Assembly (NCBI GenBank): GCA_963737905.1
Contig: CAVTUQ010000009.1
Location: forward strand, 1-64,000
Length of the DNA stretch: 64,000 nucleotides
Direction: 5' to 3'
From: an uncultured delta proteobacterium
GTDB lineage: Bacteria > Desulfobacterota > Binatia > UBA9968
The position numbers and the translations under genes are program-made. Below the pieces are notes generated by a model. That model did no database searches, had not been told where the DNA came from, and worked only from the letters and a program-made list of their open reading frames with translations. This document shows, piece after piece, positions 35,840 to 47,091 of this stretch (position 1 is the stretch's first letter; each line of letters starts with the position of its first letter).

Positions 35840-38800
35840 TCAATCAGCCTCTTGCATGATTGGTCTGGTCAGCCGTGCCCGTCGGCGCTGGAACCAAAGA
35901 CGGCGGCGATCGAGGTAGAGATACATCACCGGGGTCGTGTAAAGCGTCAGCAGCTGACTGAAGATCAGCCCTCCGACGATGGCGATCCCCAACGGCCGCC
36001 GCAATTCTGACCCTACTCCCAATCCCAGCGCCAGCGGCAGCGCTCCCAAGAGTGCCGCCATCGTCGTCATCATGATCGGCCGGAAGCGCAGCAGGCAGGC
36101 CTGGTAAATCGCCTCCACAGAGCTTTTCCCCGCGGTGCGCTCGGCCTCGAGCGCGAAATCGATCATCATGATCGCGTTTTTCTTGACGATGCCGATCAGC
36201 AAGATAATGCCGATCAGCGCGATGACGCTCAGTTCGGTGCGGCATAAGAGCAGCGCAAGCAGCGCGCCTACGCCTGCCGAAGGCAAGGTGGACAGAATTG
36301 TGATCGGATGAATCATACTCTCGTAAAGAACGCCGAGCACGATGTAGACCGTCAGTAGCGCGGCGGCGATAAGCAGCGGTTCGCTCGCTAATGATGCTTG
36401 GAAGGCTTGGGCGGTTCCCTGGAAGCTGCCGTGGATGTTCGCCGGCAGGCCGATCTGGCGCTCGGCTTCATCGACCGCTGCTACCGCGTCGCCCAGCGCC
36501 AACCCGGGCTGTAAATTGAACGATAGCGTGACGGCGGGAAACTGTCCCTGGTGTGTCACGACGAGCGGGGCAGTGGAAGGCTCATAATGCGTGAAGGTGC
36601 TCAAAGGGACCTGAGCGCCGCTCAGTGTTTTCACGTAAATGTGTTTTAGACTGTCAGGGCTTTGCCAGAATTGGGGGTCCACCTCCAGCACGACATGGTA
36701 CTGATTGAGCTGCGTGTACATGGTCGATACCTGTCGCTGGCCGAAGGCGTCGTAAAGTGTGTTGTCGATCATTTGTGTCGAAATCCCGAGCCTTGCGGCG
36801 GTAGCTCGGTCGATGACCAAGCCCGCCTGGAGTCCCTTATTTTGTTGATTGCTGTTAACGTCGAGCAACCCGCGCACGGTTTTGAGCTTCTGGAGCATGC
36901 GTGGACCCCATACGAGGAGGTCGTGCACGTTGTCGCTCTGCAACGTGTATTGGTATTGCGCGTTCGTCATGCGGCCGCCCACACGCAAGTCCTGCACCGG
37001 CTGAAGGTAGAGGGTGACCGCGGGAATACGAGCAAGCTTTTGACGCAAGCGCGCAATGACCTGCTCGGCGTTGATCTTGCGTTCTGCCAGAGGCTTCAAA
37101 GTGAGAAACATATTGCCCGTGTTCAAGGGCCTACCGCCAAATCCGCCGCCATTAAAGGCCATGACGGAATCCACCGCTGGGTCCTCCACAACCGTCTCCG
37201 CCAACTGCGTGATTCGGCTCCGCATTTCCTGAAAGGAAATGTCCTGATCGCCCTGGATCGATCCGTTGATCCGGCCTGTGTCCTGCTGGGGAAAGAAGCC
37301 CTTCGGGATTTTCACGTAGAGAAAGACGGTCGCTCCCATCGTCAGGAGCGTCACCAGAAGGATCAGCGGTTGATGCTTGAGCACCCAGGTGAGGGAGGAC
37401 TCATATTTGCCGAGGATCCACTGGAACACGCGCTCACTGGCCTGGTACAGCCGCCCGTGGTTCTCTTGATCGTGGGACCGTAGCAGCCGCGCGCACATCA
37501 TCGGTGTGGTCGTCAAAGACACCAGCAACGAGACGCCGATGGCCAACGACAGGGTGACGGCGAACTCACGAAAAAGGCGGCCGACAATGCCGCCCATCAT
37601 CAGGATCGGGATGAAGACCGCCACCAACGACAAGCTGATCGAGATCACGGTAAAACCGATTTCCTTGGCGCCGAGTAATGCCGCCTCCAGCGGGGCCATT
37701 CCCTGCTCCAGGTGGCGGGTGATATTTTCGATAACGACGATGGCGTCGTCGACGACGAATCCGGTGCCGATGGTGAGCGCCATGAGCGATAGATTGTCCA
37801 GGCTATAGCCGAACAGATACATGCCGCCGAACGTGCCGATGAGAGAGATCGGCACAGCGACGCTCGGGATGATCGTCGACCGCACACTGCGTAAGAAAAG
37901 AAAAACCACGAGAATGACCAGTACGATAGAGATCAACAACGTGATTTGCACATCGTGGACCGAAGCGCGAATCGTTGTGGTGGCGTTTAAGACTACGGAG
38001 AGTTTAATGGTCGGAGGGATGGAAGCGCGAAATGATGGCAGCAAGGCGAGGACGCGGTCGACGGTGTCGATGATATTTGCGCCCGGTTGACGATAGACGA
38101 CGAGCAAAACGGCGGGTTTTCCGTTCGCGAGACCCCCCGTGCGAATATCCTCCACCGAGTCGGTGACGGTGGCGACATCAGCGAGGCGCACCGCTCCACC
38201 GTTCCGGTAGGTGACAACCAGCGGCCGATAAGCATCGGCTTTCAGCAATTGGTCGGTAGCGCTGAGCGACCAGGTGTGGCTTCCATCCGCGAGAGAGCCT
38301 TTGGGGCGGTTAGCATTGGCGCTGCTCAGAACCGCCCGCAGATCTTCCAGACCGAGTCCATAGTGATTTAAGATTGTCGGGTTGGCATCGACCCGGACCG
38401 CCGGGAGCGCCCCGCCGCCGACATCCACTTGACCGACGCCTTTTACTTCCGAAAGTTTCTGCTGCAGGATGGAAGAGGCAATATCGTACATCCGAGCTTT
38501 TTCGACTAGGTCAGAAGTCAGGGCAAGCATCAGAATTGGCGCGTCGGCGGGATTGACTTTCTTGTAGGAAGGATTGCTCGGCAGATTGCTTGGCAGTTGG
38601 CCCCGGGCAGCGTTGATCGCAGCCTGGACGTCCCGAGCCGCCGCGTCGATATTCCGATTTAAGTCGAATTGCAAAACAATGGCCGTCGAGCCGATGGAGC
38701 TTGACGAGGTCATTTCGGTGACGCCGGCGATACGTCCGAATTGGCGTTCCAGCGGCGTTGCGACGGAAGAGGCCATGGTCTCGGGGCTCGCGCCCGGGAG

Positions 38801-38950
38801 CTTCGCCTGAACATTGATGGTGGGAAATTCCACCTGAGGCAAAGGGGAAACCGGGAGAAAGCGATAAGCTACGGCGCCCGCAAGTCCCACCGCCACGGTC
38901 AACAGCGTTGTAGCGACCGGTCTTCTAATGAACGGCGCCGAGATACTCAT
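35840..38950 (-). CDS. mdtC: RND efflux transporter MdtC
   Basis: [31 protein letters not shown]; second RND gene of the pair. Confidence 0.9.
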   Translation of the reverse strand: MSISAPFIRRPVATTLLTVAVGLAGAVAYRFLPVSPLPQVEFPTINVQAKLPGASPETMASSVATPLERQFGRIAGVTEMTSSSSIGSTAIVLQFDLNRNIDAAARDVQAAINAARGQLPSNLPSNPSYKKVNPADAPILMLALTSDLVEKARMYDIASSILQQKLSEVKGVGQVDVGGGALPAVRVDANPTILNHYGLGLEDLRAVLSSANANRPKGSLADGSHTWSLSATDQLLKADAYRPLVVTYRNGGAVRLADVATVTDSVEDIRTGGLANGKPAVLLVVYRQPGANIIDTVDRVLALLPSFRASIPPTIKLSVVLNATTTIRASVHDVQITLLISIVLVILVVFLFLRSVRSTIIPSVAVPISLIGTFGGMYLFGYSLDNLSLMALTIGTGFVVDDAIVVIENITRHLEQGMAPLEAALLGAKEIGFTVISISLSLVAVFIPILMMGGIVGRLFREFAVTLSLAIGVSLLVSLTTTPMMCARLLRSHDQENHGRLYQASERVFQWILGKYESSLTWVLKHQPLILLVTLLTMGATVFLYVKIPKGFFPQQDTGRINGSIQGDQDISFQEMRSRITQLAETVVEDPAVDSVMAFNGGGFGGRPLNTGNMFLTLKPLAERKINAEQVIARLRQKLARIPAVTLYLQPVQDLRVGGRMTNAQYQYTLQSDNVHDLLVWGPRMLQKLKTVRGLLDVNSNQQNKGLQAGLVIDRATAARLGISTQMIDNTLYDAFGQRQVSTMYTQLNQYHVVLEVDPQFWQSPDSLKHIYVKTLSGAQVPLSTFTHYEPSTAPLVVTHQGQFPAVTLSFNLQPGLALGDAVAAVDEAERQIGLPANIHGSFQGTAQAFQASLASEPLLIAAALLTVYIVLGVLYESMIHPITILSTLPSAGVGALLALLLCRTELSVIALIGIILLIGIVKKNAIMMIDFALEAERTAGKSSVEAIYQACLLRFRPIMMTTMAALLGALPLALGLGVGSELRRPLGIAIVGGLIFSQLLTLYTTPVMYLYLDRRRLWFQRRRARLTRPIMQEAD

Positions 38951-41900
38951 GAGCCCGCCTCCGGTTGAAGTTGCGGCTCGCGGCGTTTAGCGCGAAACCG
39001 GGCCAGGCGTTTGGCCAGACGATCGAATGCGAGATAGATCACCGGCGTCGTGTATAGTGTGAGCAGTTGGCTCAAGATCAAGCCGCCGATAATGGAGATT
39101 CCCAACGGGCGGCGCAACTCCGCTCCCATTCCCGTGCCCAGTGCCAAGGGCACGCCACCGAGGAGGGCTGCCATCGTTGTCATGAGGATCGGCCGAAAGC
39201 GCAGCAGGCACGCTTGATAGATGGCGTCCAAGGGGGTTTTTCCTTCCCGGCGCTCAAGGTCGAGAGCGAAGTCGATCATCATAATGGCATTTTTTTTCAC
39301 GATGCCGATCAGCAGAATGATGCCGATCAGCGCGATGACACTGAAATCGGTCCTGCAGATCATCAGCGCGAGCAGCGCGCCGACTCCGGCTGAGGGCAAG
39401 GTCGAGAGAATCGTGATCGGGTGAATATAGCTTTCGTAGAGCACACCGAGGACGATGTAGACGGTCACGAGCGCCGCCAGAATCAAGAATGGCTCGTTAA
39501 CCAGGGAGGCCTGAAACGCTTGCGCCGTTCCTTGAAAGCTGGCCTGAATGCTCGCGGGCAGAACGAGCTCTTGCTTGACCTGGTTGACTGCGGCCACTCC
39601 GTCGCCGAGTGAAGTGCCGGGCGCGAGATTAAACGACACAGTGACTGCCGGAAATTGCCCTTGATGGTTCACTGTAAGCGGAGCACTGCTGGATTCCAGG
39701 CGCGTGAAGGCGCTGAGCGGCACGGTCCCACCCGTACTCGATTGAACGTAGAGATGGCTTAAATCCTGTGGATCTTTTCTAAAATCAGGCTGGGTTTCCA
39801 ACACGACGTGGTACTGATTCAATTGCGTAAATATCGTCGACACCTGGCGTTGCCCGAACGCGTCATAAAGCGTGTTATCGAGCGTCTGTGGCGAAATGCC
39901 GAGCCGGGAAGCTGTCGCGCGATCAATGACAAGGCGCGTCTGGAGCCCTCGGTTCTGCTGGTCGTTAGCCACGTCGCGGAGCATCGGCAGCGACTGGAGC
40001 TTTTGCATAAACCGCGGAACCCACACCGTAAGCTCACTTACGTCGGCATCTTCGAGACTGTACTGAAATTGGGTCCGGCTCACCCGGTCTTCCACCGTCA
40101 AATCCTGAACCGGCTGCATGAAGAGCGTGATGCCATCGACCTTCGCAAGCTGTGGCTGCAGGCGACGAATGATGTCGCTGGCGCTGATCCGCCGCACTTC
40201 GATGGGCTTTAGATTGATCTGGATGCGACCGCTGTTCAGCGTTGTGTTGGTACCGTCGACGCCGATAAAAGAAGACAGGCTTTCGACCGCCGGATCCTGC
40301 AGGATTACGCGCGCCAACGCCTGTTGCCGATCGGCCATGGCGGTGAAGGAGATGCTCTGAGGAGCCTCGGAGACTCCGAGGATGACGCCGGTATCTTGTA
40401 CCGGGAAAAAGCCCTTAGGAATAAAAATGTAGAGTAGCACGGTGCAAACAAGCGTCGCCGCGGCGACCCATAGGGTCGCGGTCTGATGCTCAAAGACCCA
40501 GGTGAGCGTCCGGCCGTAGAATGCGATTACCGACTGAAATGCCCTGTCCGAGGCCCGGTAAAAGCGGCTCTGCTCCGACTCGGGCTTATGTCGCAGCAGT
40601 TTGGCACACATCACGGGCGTGAGCGTCAGCGATACGACCGCAGAGACTAAAATGGTCACGCTGAGGGTAACGGCAAACTCTCGGAACAGGCGTCCGACAA
40701 TGTCGCCCATGAAAAGTAGCGGGATTAAAACCGCGATCAAGGATACGGTGAGCGAGACGATGGTGAATCCTATTTGCTCTGAGCCTTTGAGCGCCGCTTC
40801 GAGCGGCGAGTCGCCTTCCTCGATGTAGCGCATGATGTTTTCGATCATCACGATGGCGTCATCGACCACGAAACCGGTGGAAATGGTAAGCGCCATCAGC
40901 GAGAGGTTGTTCAGGCTGTAGCCGAGCAGGAGCATGACGCCGAAAGTGCCCACGATGGATAGCGGCACGGCGATGCTCGGGATCACGGTGGCGGAAAGCG
41001 TACGGAGAAAGAGGAAAATCACCATGACCACCAACGCGACGGTGAGCATCAGCTCGAACTGCACGTCGCTGACCGAAGCTCGAATCGTCGTCGTGCGGTC
41101 AGTCAGAATCGATAGATCGACTGAGGACGGCAGCGAACTTTTGAGTTGCGGCAGGAGATTCTTTATGCGGTTCACGACGGTGATGATATTGGCGCCCGGC
41201 TGCCGTTGGATGTTGACGATGACCGCAGGCACCTGATTCATCCACGCTGCTTGTTTGACGTTTTCGACATCGTCGATGACCGTGGCGACATCTGAAAGAT
41301 GCACGGGCGCGCCGTTGCGGTAGGCGATGACCAGCGGGCGGTATTGGTCGCTTGACAAGAGCTGATCGTTGGCAGCGATGGTGTAAGCCTGATGGGGACC
41401 GTCGAAGTTTCCTTTGGCCTGGTTGACATTCGCCTGCGCGATGGCCGTTCGCAGGTCTTCCATCGTGAGGCCGTACGATGAAAGCGCCGTCGGGTTCGCC
41501 TGAATACGCACCGCCGGCTTCTGGCCGCCGCTGATGCTCACCAAACCGACGCCGGAGAGCTGTGAGATCTTCTGGGCCAGCCGGGTATCGGCCAGATCTT
41601 CGATTTTGGGAAGCGGCAGCGTCTTTGACGTCAGGGCGAGCGTTAAGACTGGGGCGTCGGCCGGGTTGGTCTTGCTGTAGATCGGGGGATTGGGCAGATC
41701 CGCAGGTAAAAACGTTGATGCAGCGTTGATGGCGGCCTGCACCTCTTGCTCCGCTACGTCGATGTTGAGATCCAGGCTGAATTGTAACGTGATGACCGAG
41801 CTACCGTCGGAACTGGTGGAAGTCATCTGGTTCAAACCCGGGACTTGGCCGAACTGGCGCTCCAGCGGCGCCGTGATGGACGACGCCATCACATCGGGGC

Positions 41901-42063
41901 TTGCGCCGGGATAGAAGGTGACGACCTGGATCGTCGGATAGTCTACCTCCGGCAGCGCCGACACCGGCAGCTGCTTGTAGGCAACCGCTCCAACCAGCAG
42001 CAAACCTGCCATCAATAACGAGGTCGCAATCGGTCTGAGGATAAAGGGTCGAGAGGGATTCAT
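38947..42063 (-). CDS. mdtB: RND efflux transporter MdtB
   Basis: [34 protein letters not shown]. Confidence 0.92.
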   Translation of the reverse strand: MNPSRPFILRPIATSLLMAGLLLVGAVAYKQLPVSALPEVDYPTIQVVTFYPGASPDVMASSITAPLERQFGQVPGLNQMTSTSSDGSSVITLQFSLDLNIDVAEQEVQAAINAASTFLPADLPNPPIYSKTNPADAPVLTLALTSKTLPLPKIEDLADTRLAQKISQLSGVGLVSISGGQKPAVRIQANPTALSSYGLTMEDLRTAIAQANVNQAKGNFDGPHQAYTIAANDQLLSSDQYRPLVIAYRNGAPVHLSDVATVIDDVENVKQAAWMNQVPAVIVNIQRQPGANIITVVNRIKNLLPQLKSSLPSSVDLSILTDRTTTIRASVSDVQFELMLTVALVVMVIFLFLRTLSATVIPSIAVPLSIVGTFGVMLLLGYSLNNLSLMALTISTGFVVDDAIVMIENIMRYIEEGDSPLEAALKGSEQIGFTIVSLTVSLIAVLIPLLFMGDIVGRLFREFAVTLSVTILVSAVVSLTLTPVMCAKLLRHKPESEQSRFYRASDRAFQSVIAFYGRTLTWVFEHQTATLWVAAATLVCTVLLYIFIPKGFFPVQDTGVILGVSEAPQSISFTAMADRQQALARVILQDPAVESLSSFIGVDGTNTTLNSGRIQINLKPIEVRRISASDIIRRLQPQLAKVDGITLFMQPVQDLTVEDRVSRTQFQYSLEDADVSELTVWVPRFMQKLQSLPMLRDVANDQQNRGLQTRLVIDRATASRLGISPQTLDNTLYDAFGQRQVSTIFTQLNQYHVVLETQPDFRKDPQDLSHLYVQSSTGGTVPLSAFTRLESSSAPLTVNHQGQFPAVTVSFNLAPGTSLGDGVAAVNQVKQELVLPASIQASFQGTAQAFQASLVNEPFLILAALVTVYIVLGVLYESYIHPITILSTLPSAGVGALLALMICRTDFSVIALIGIILLIGIVKKNAIMMIDFALDLERREGKTPLDAIYQACLLRFRPILMTTMAALLGGVPLALGTGMGAELRRPLGISIIGGLILSQLLTLYTTPVIYLAFDRLAKRLARFRAKRREPQLQPEAGS

Positions 42064-42081
42064 ATTAGTCTGCGCTTCGCG

Positions 42082-42201
42082 CGTTCAAGTCGTTCAAACC
42101 GTTCCAAACGTTCAAATCGTTTAGAACTTCGTCCCCCGATTCGCGCGGGGGAGGAAAGCGGCGGGGGTTTGAACGTCTTGAACGATTTAAACGTTTTGAA
42201 C
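42082..42201. repeat. Composite palindromic repeat (BIME-like)
   Basis: Five CGTTCAA-like 9-mers, a central TCCCCCG/CGGGGGA hairpin, four inverted TTGAAC units. Confidence 0.75.
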
Positions 42202-42212
42202 CTCCTTCATTT

Positions 42213-43389
42213 TTACGAACCCGAGCTTTGCGACCCCTGCAAAGCAACTTTTGCTCCGGGTTGAAGCTTGTCGACTCCGTCGGTCACGACGACCTCTCCC
42301 GCAGTAAGGCCGCGCGCGATTGCCGTCTGGTCCCTCTCGGTTCCTTGGACCTCGACGTTGCGGGCCTCCACCGTATTATCCGGTTTAACAACGTACACGA
42401 ACGCCGACTCCGCGACTGTGTTGGATCGCAGCGTTCGGAACGAGAACTGCGTTGTGGATCGTATCCAGCAGCAGACGCGCATTGACGAACTGATTCGGGA
42501 AGAGGGTAGTGTTCGTGTTCTGAAAGAGCGCCTTGAGCTTGACCGTACCCGTCGTCGGATCGATCTGGTTGTCGATCGTCAGCAGCGATCCCGAGGCAAG
42601 CTTGTGCTTCAGATCGCGGTCGTAAGCTTCCGCCGGCAGCGGGTGCCCTGCTCGCATCTGCTGTTGCACCTGAGGAAGGCTGTCCTCGGAGATCGCGAAG
42701 ATCACGGCGATCGGGTCCATCTGGGTAATGACAAGCAATCCGTTCGTGTCGGAGGCGTGCACGATGTTGCCCGGATCCACAAGACGGAGTCCCACCCGGC
42801 CGGTAATCGGCGCTGTGATGTGGCAATAGGTGAGCTGCAACCTGGCGTTATCGATCTGTCCCTGATCGACTTTGACGGCGCCTTCGTACTGGCGCACGAG
42901 CGATTCCTGAGTGGCTAATTGTTGCTGGGGGATTGAATCCTGACTAAGTAGCACCTGATAGCGCTCGAGGTCGACCTGAGCGTTCTTGAGCAATGCCTGA
43001 TCTTTTGCCATTTGGCCTTCGGCCTGCGTTAACTGCACTTGGAACGGGCGCGAGTCGATTTCGGCGAGCAAATCGCCACTGTGAACAACATCGCCTTCCT
43101 TGAAGGAGACCTTCATCAGCTGGCCGTCAACGCGGCTTTTAACCGTCACGGTGTTGAGTGGCGTCACCGTGCCAAGGCCGGAGAGATAAACAGGCATATC
43201 ACCGGCTTTGGCCTTCGCGGCCACCACTGAAACGGGGCGCGCGCCGAAGTTTTGACGCTGGCGAGCAGCCGGCGAATCCGCGTCACCCGGTTTCACAAAA
43301 TAGACGTAGGTTCCCACTCCTAAAAAAGCTATGCCGATCACTCCGATCCAGTAGCGCTTGTGCCCGATGGTAAAACCGTGTCCTGGCAT
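42213..43389 (-). CDS. mdtA: RND membrane fusion protein MdtA; 1-nt frameshift at about 42415
   Basis: LGTVTPLNTVTVKSRVDGQL, ITAPITGRVGLRLVDPGN, LFPNQFVN; C-terminus in ORF 42213-42482. Confidence 0.9.
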
Positions 43390-43531
43390 ATCTTTATTCT
43401 CTCCTAGTGCGTAGCAAACGTTGCGCCCTTCGAGCCGGTGAGCGTAAACGCCCGCAACGAATTCCGTCGATCACCGCTATCTAGGCTTTTCGGTGTAACT
43501 GCTGTTGCTGAAAAACCGTTTCCATCTTCTT

Positions 43532-44230
43532 TCACTCATCGGCCTTTACACCGCCAGGAACTTCTCGTGGCGTTTTCTTGCAGAGGCCCTCGAGCGCTAA
43601 AAGAGAAAATTTCGTAATATGTTCGGTCAGTCTCTCGACTTCTCTGGAGTCATATCGCTGTTCGGGGTACAGCCGAGTGATCACTGGTCGTGCACGCCGA
43701 TAATAGACACATTGACTCACAACGCTGAGGGCGCTCAAGCGAACAACCTCATCGTCTGCCGCTGGACCGAGCAGTTCCCGGACGATGGAAGACAGCTCCT
43801 GGTGGAGTGGACGGGCGCCTTCTTCGACAAGCATATCAAGAGCACGTGTCGGTTCGATCATCTCTCGCATCATGATCTTTGTATGCCAGCCCGGTCGCCC
43901 TTCATCGAAGATGCGAAGCAACAGCGACCGAACATAGACGCGGAATTTCTCTTCGGGGGTGGCCGCTGGGTTTACGCCGAGATTGGGTGGATATTTCTCC
44001 GCAGTCGCTCTGTGCACTGAGCGGAGGACCGCCATATAAAGTCCCTCTTTGTCACCAAAATGGTAATTGACGGCAGCAATATTGGCTCTGGCTTTTTCGC
44101 AGATCTGCCTCACCGTGGCTGCGCGATAACCGTGCTCGGCGAAAATCTCACCGGCGGCCTCTAAGAGACGCTTTTCCGTCCCGGAAACCAAATTTGCAGT
44201 TTTCGTTTCGTTCTCGAACATACGTTTCAA
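43532..44230 (-). CDS. TetR-family regulator (CecR/DUF1956-like)
   Basis: RLLEAAGEIFAEHGYRAATVRQICEKA.ANIAAVNYHFGDKEGLY; first gene of the efflux operon. Confidence 0.9.
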   Translation of the reverse strand: MKRMFENETKTANLVSGTEKRLLEAAGEIFAEHGYRAATVRQICEKARANIAAVNYHFGDKEGLYMAVLRSVHRATAEKYPPNLGVNPAATPEEKFRVYVRSLLLRIFDEGRPGWHTKIMMREMIEPTRALDMLVEEGARPLHQELSSIVRELLGPAADDEVVRLSALSVVSQCVYYRRARPVITRLYPEQRYDSREVERLTEHITKFSLLALEGLCKKTPREVPGGVKADE

Positions 44231-44381
44231 GCAATTGTATTAGAGTCCACAAACATCTTGATGGTGCTCCTGCTCTTGCACCTGGTCATAAAAAACTCGA
44301 CGATGTCACCCGAATTGGGGAACGTGACAGCACCCAATCAAGCCGATGGCTTGTTGGATGACTCAAGTAGGGACTAAAAAA

Positions 44382-44732
44382 TCAGAGATTAAGAACCGGA
44401 GAGAAGTTGTGATTCAAGCGGTTGGAGTCAATCAACGAATGCTGTACGAAACAGATTCTATAATCTGTGGCAACGAGTTGGGGTGATGGGGGAACCTCGC
44501 CAATTTGCTGTGGACGCTCGGCCATCGGGCCTTGCTCTTTCACCACCAGACCCCTTCTGAGGTTATCTCGTTCAGCCCTGCCGAGAACTCGGCGCAGCGC
44601 GTGATCATAGGTAATATATTTCGCCACCCCAGTGGAGAAATGTCTGTACGTCGCGAAGCTGCCGGACAGGAACACCAGGGCAACAACAAAGATCATCCCG
44701 CGCGTGATTCGCCTTTGCCTAAGATCGCTCAT
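44382..44732 (-). CDS. Hypothetical single-TM protein
   Basis: TM segment MIFVVALVFLSGSF in the 3' part of ORF 44382-44903; start uncertain. Confidence 0.35.
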   Translation of the reverse strand: MSDLRQRRITRGMIFVVALVFLSGSFATYRHFSTGVAKYITYDHALRRVLGRAERDNLRRGLVVKEQGPMAERPQQIGEVPPSPQLVATDYRICFVQHSLIDSNRLNHNFSPVLNL

Positions 44733-44854
44733 AACCAATGATAATATGCTAGACCCCGCTGGTACAATGTCAAGCTCGCAATAACCATGAGTGCACATTT
44801 TAGGATCACATATAGCCATTTCAGTGGCCCTTCTTGCCTCGTATTTCCGACAGA

Positions 44855-45058
44855 TCATGCGCTGTGACAGAAATGTGTAGATGGTGTGGCTTTCTTGTAA
44901 CATCGCCGCGGTTTTTCTTCGCCGTCATCAAGAACTTCAACGGCAATTCCAAGTTTCCGGGCTTCATCAGCGCAGACCTCACACACTTTCATGTCTATTA
45001 TGTCAGTATGGACCCGGTATTTCGCCTCTTTGCCTGTCAAGCATCGTTGGCATTCCAT
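44855..45058 (-). CDS. Small CxxC...CxxC zinc-binding protein
   Basis: MECQRC...KVCEVCADEARKLGI; AAGGAG RBS. Confidence 0.65.
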   Translation of the reverse strand: MECQRCLTGKEAKYRVHTDIIDMKVCEVCADEARKLGIAVEVLDDGEEKPRRCYKKATPSTHFCHSA

Positions 45059-45323
45059 TGCCGATCTCCTTAAAAGCTATGTGTCGCTGCAACTTTTTCT
45101 CCTTGTACTCGTACTGACTCGGACCTGCTCGGCCCTTACACTGGAGGATTTGTTGCGTTTTTCGGAAATAACGCAGCCGCTTTTGGAACCAAGTTTGCTG
45201 TGGCCAGTCCCAATTTTGCCTCGGGAGTCTATCTCCGTCATACGCACCTCTGTTCACTTTGCTTTGAAGAAAAATTAGCTGCCAGTAGCTCATGAGCATT
45301 TTCTCCTTTCGAAATATGGGAAG

Positions 45324-45339
45324 GGCAAGAACAATGCCA
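45324..45339 (-). promoter_or_regulatory. sigma54 promoter
   Basis: TGGCAT-TGTTC-TTGCC. Confidence 0.65.
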
Positions 45340-45751
45340 GGAAACTGAAGAATTTGACTTAGCCCGGAACGAAAGTGCAATGAATGACATGCCGCTTGCG
45401 GAACGAATCAAATGAGTGCCGAAGACTCGAAGAACTCCACTCCACTTCTCTCCTCGCTACGATTTGATCCGTCGTGGCCGTCGGATGGGCAGTGTCGGCT
45501 ACGGCGGGCGCGATTGCAGACAGCCAGCTTGAAATATTATCGTTCGCGGCAATAAACCATAGCTCGGCGCCTGCCGCATCGATCGTGACCGAAAGACTTC
45601 AGAGTCGTTATTCACTCGGGCAACGGTTTTCAGAGTCCCGAGGTTGCAGCGTTCTCGATTGCGGCCAAATGCATCGACGCATGCAATTAGCCTCACCTAG
45701 TTAGTCGGCGGCTAACAGGACACGCCGCAATGAATTCACAGGAGTATTTGT

Positions 45752-45767
45752 TGGCACACGCCCTGCT
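45752..45767 (+). promoter_or_regulatory. sigma54 promoter
   Basis: TGGCAC-ACGCC-CTGCT. Confidence 0.6.
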
Positions 45768-46036
45768 AATTAGCGGTCAATAAAGATGAAAAGGAAACGA
45801 GGTGGCAAAGGTGAAAAGACTGACTTTGTTGGCGGCGGCATAGTTTAGACGCCGCCGGTGATATTCCGTCGGCTCTGTCGGCTCGCACAACGCTCCAGCT
45901 GCACCGCTCTTTATCCGACGCCGGCAATCGCCGATTGCACAAGAGCAGAAAAGGGACTATTTTTTACGAGCGGCATTTGTAAATCTCGTGATACGCCGAG
46001 ACGTCTTAATTAAGTGAGATTTGGGGAAGGAAATTT

Positions 46037-46459
46037 ATGAAAAGGTATGTGTTGGTGAGTCTTTTGGCGTTGCTCCTGATTCCTTCGTACAGCTTTGCGC
46101 GTGGTTGGGGCTACGGAGGTTACGGTTATCGGGGCTACGGAGGTTATTGGGGTGGCGCCGTGGCTGCCGGGGTGTTGGGAGGCTTTGCTACCGGCGCCGT
46201 TCTCGGCGCGTTTGCGCCGTGGCCCGGCTACTATCCGGCGCCTGCTTACTATGGCCCTTGGGGATATCCCTATTATTCCTATCCCGGTCCCTATTATCAG
46301 CCTGCCCCTGTAGTCGTGCAGCAGCCTGGACCTGTCTATCAGCAAGCTCAACCACAGTACTGGTACTGGTGCGATAATCCTCAGGGGTACTACCCCTACG
46401 TCCAAAACTGTCCGTCCATCTGGAAGCAGGTGGTCCCGCAAACTGCACCTAACAGGTAG
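46037..46459 (+). CDS. Secreted Gly/Tyr/Pro-rich protein with WYxC..P.GYYPYV..C tail
   Basis: Signal peptide, GYGGY repeats; paralogue of 57236-57679. Confidence 0.8.
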   Translation: MKRYVLVSLLALLLIPSYSFARGWGYGGYGYRGYGGYWGGAVAAGVLGGFATGAVLGAFAPWPGYYPAPAYYGPWGYPYYSYPGPYYQPAPVVVQQPGPVYQQAQPQYWYWCDNPQGYYPYVQNCPSIWKQVVPQTAPNR

Positions 46460-46921
46460 CAGGGGAGGAAGCGTTAGGAGCTTTGATGGGGAGCTGTAGG
46501 TTTGTGAGTAGAGTGGAGAGCGAATCACGTTTCATGAATTCTGGATTCATAACGCAAGAAGAGTTTTCGTCAGATCTATGTCTACGCGGAAAGCTCTGCC
46601 CAGGTTACAGCGGCTCTCCTAGTAAGAAAACGACGAAGACTCTCGAGTTCGGAGAAGCCCGCGATCTACCGCCATGCGTGCGTTGCCCAATCAATCAAAC
46701 CAACTGGCAGCCGCCAGCTCGCCTTCATGGTTGTAGAGCTCCTAATAATCGGCAGACCTTTCGGTGGTCGGATCGTTATAAACGGCCACGATCCCGGCAT
46801 CTCCGCACCGTCACTGGTTTCCAGAGGCTCCGCTGCTGCGTCGGCAAAAAAAAATAACTGACTGACAAGTGCCAATAGGGCAAAACATTTTTCAATCTTG
46901 ATAGTCATGGCCTAAATTGTT

Positions 46922-47089
46922 TCATTTATTCTGCCTATTTTCGGAGTCAGGTCCCGTCAAGGCTTTTTTGAAGCCGCGGAGCGTTTCTCCAATCGATTTT
47001 CCTACTTCGGGAAGCTTTCCCGGGCCAAATAGGACAAGCACGATGATGAAAATGACCAGCAGTTCCGGAAGACCGATATCGCCCAGCAT
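46922..47089 (-). CDS. tatA: Twin-arginine translocase TatA/E subunit
   Basis: Manual translation MLGDIGLPELLVIFIIVLVLFGPGKLPEVGKSIGETLRGFKKAL..; 55 aa, below the ORF-track cutoff. Confidence 0.9.
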   Translation of the reverse strand: MLGDIGLPELLVIFIIVLVLFGPGKLPEVGKSIGETLRGFKKALTGPDSENRQNK

Positions 47090-47091
47090 CG

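Noticed and set aside
34547-43373. Many long antisense ORFs over the efflux operon (also over smc, degP and ftsH)
   Set aside because: Shadow ORFs from GC-rich codon bias, with no motifs or RBS.
46104-46155. Tandem GGGGCTACGGAGGTTA repeat
   Set aside because: It simply encodes the GYGGY repeat of the secreted protein.
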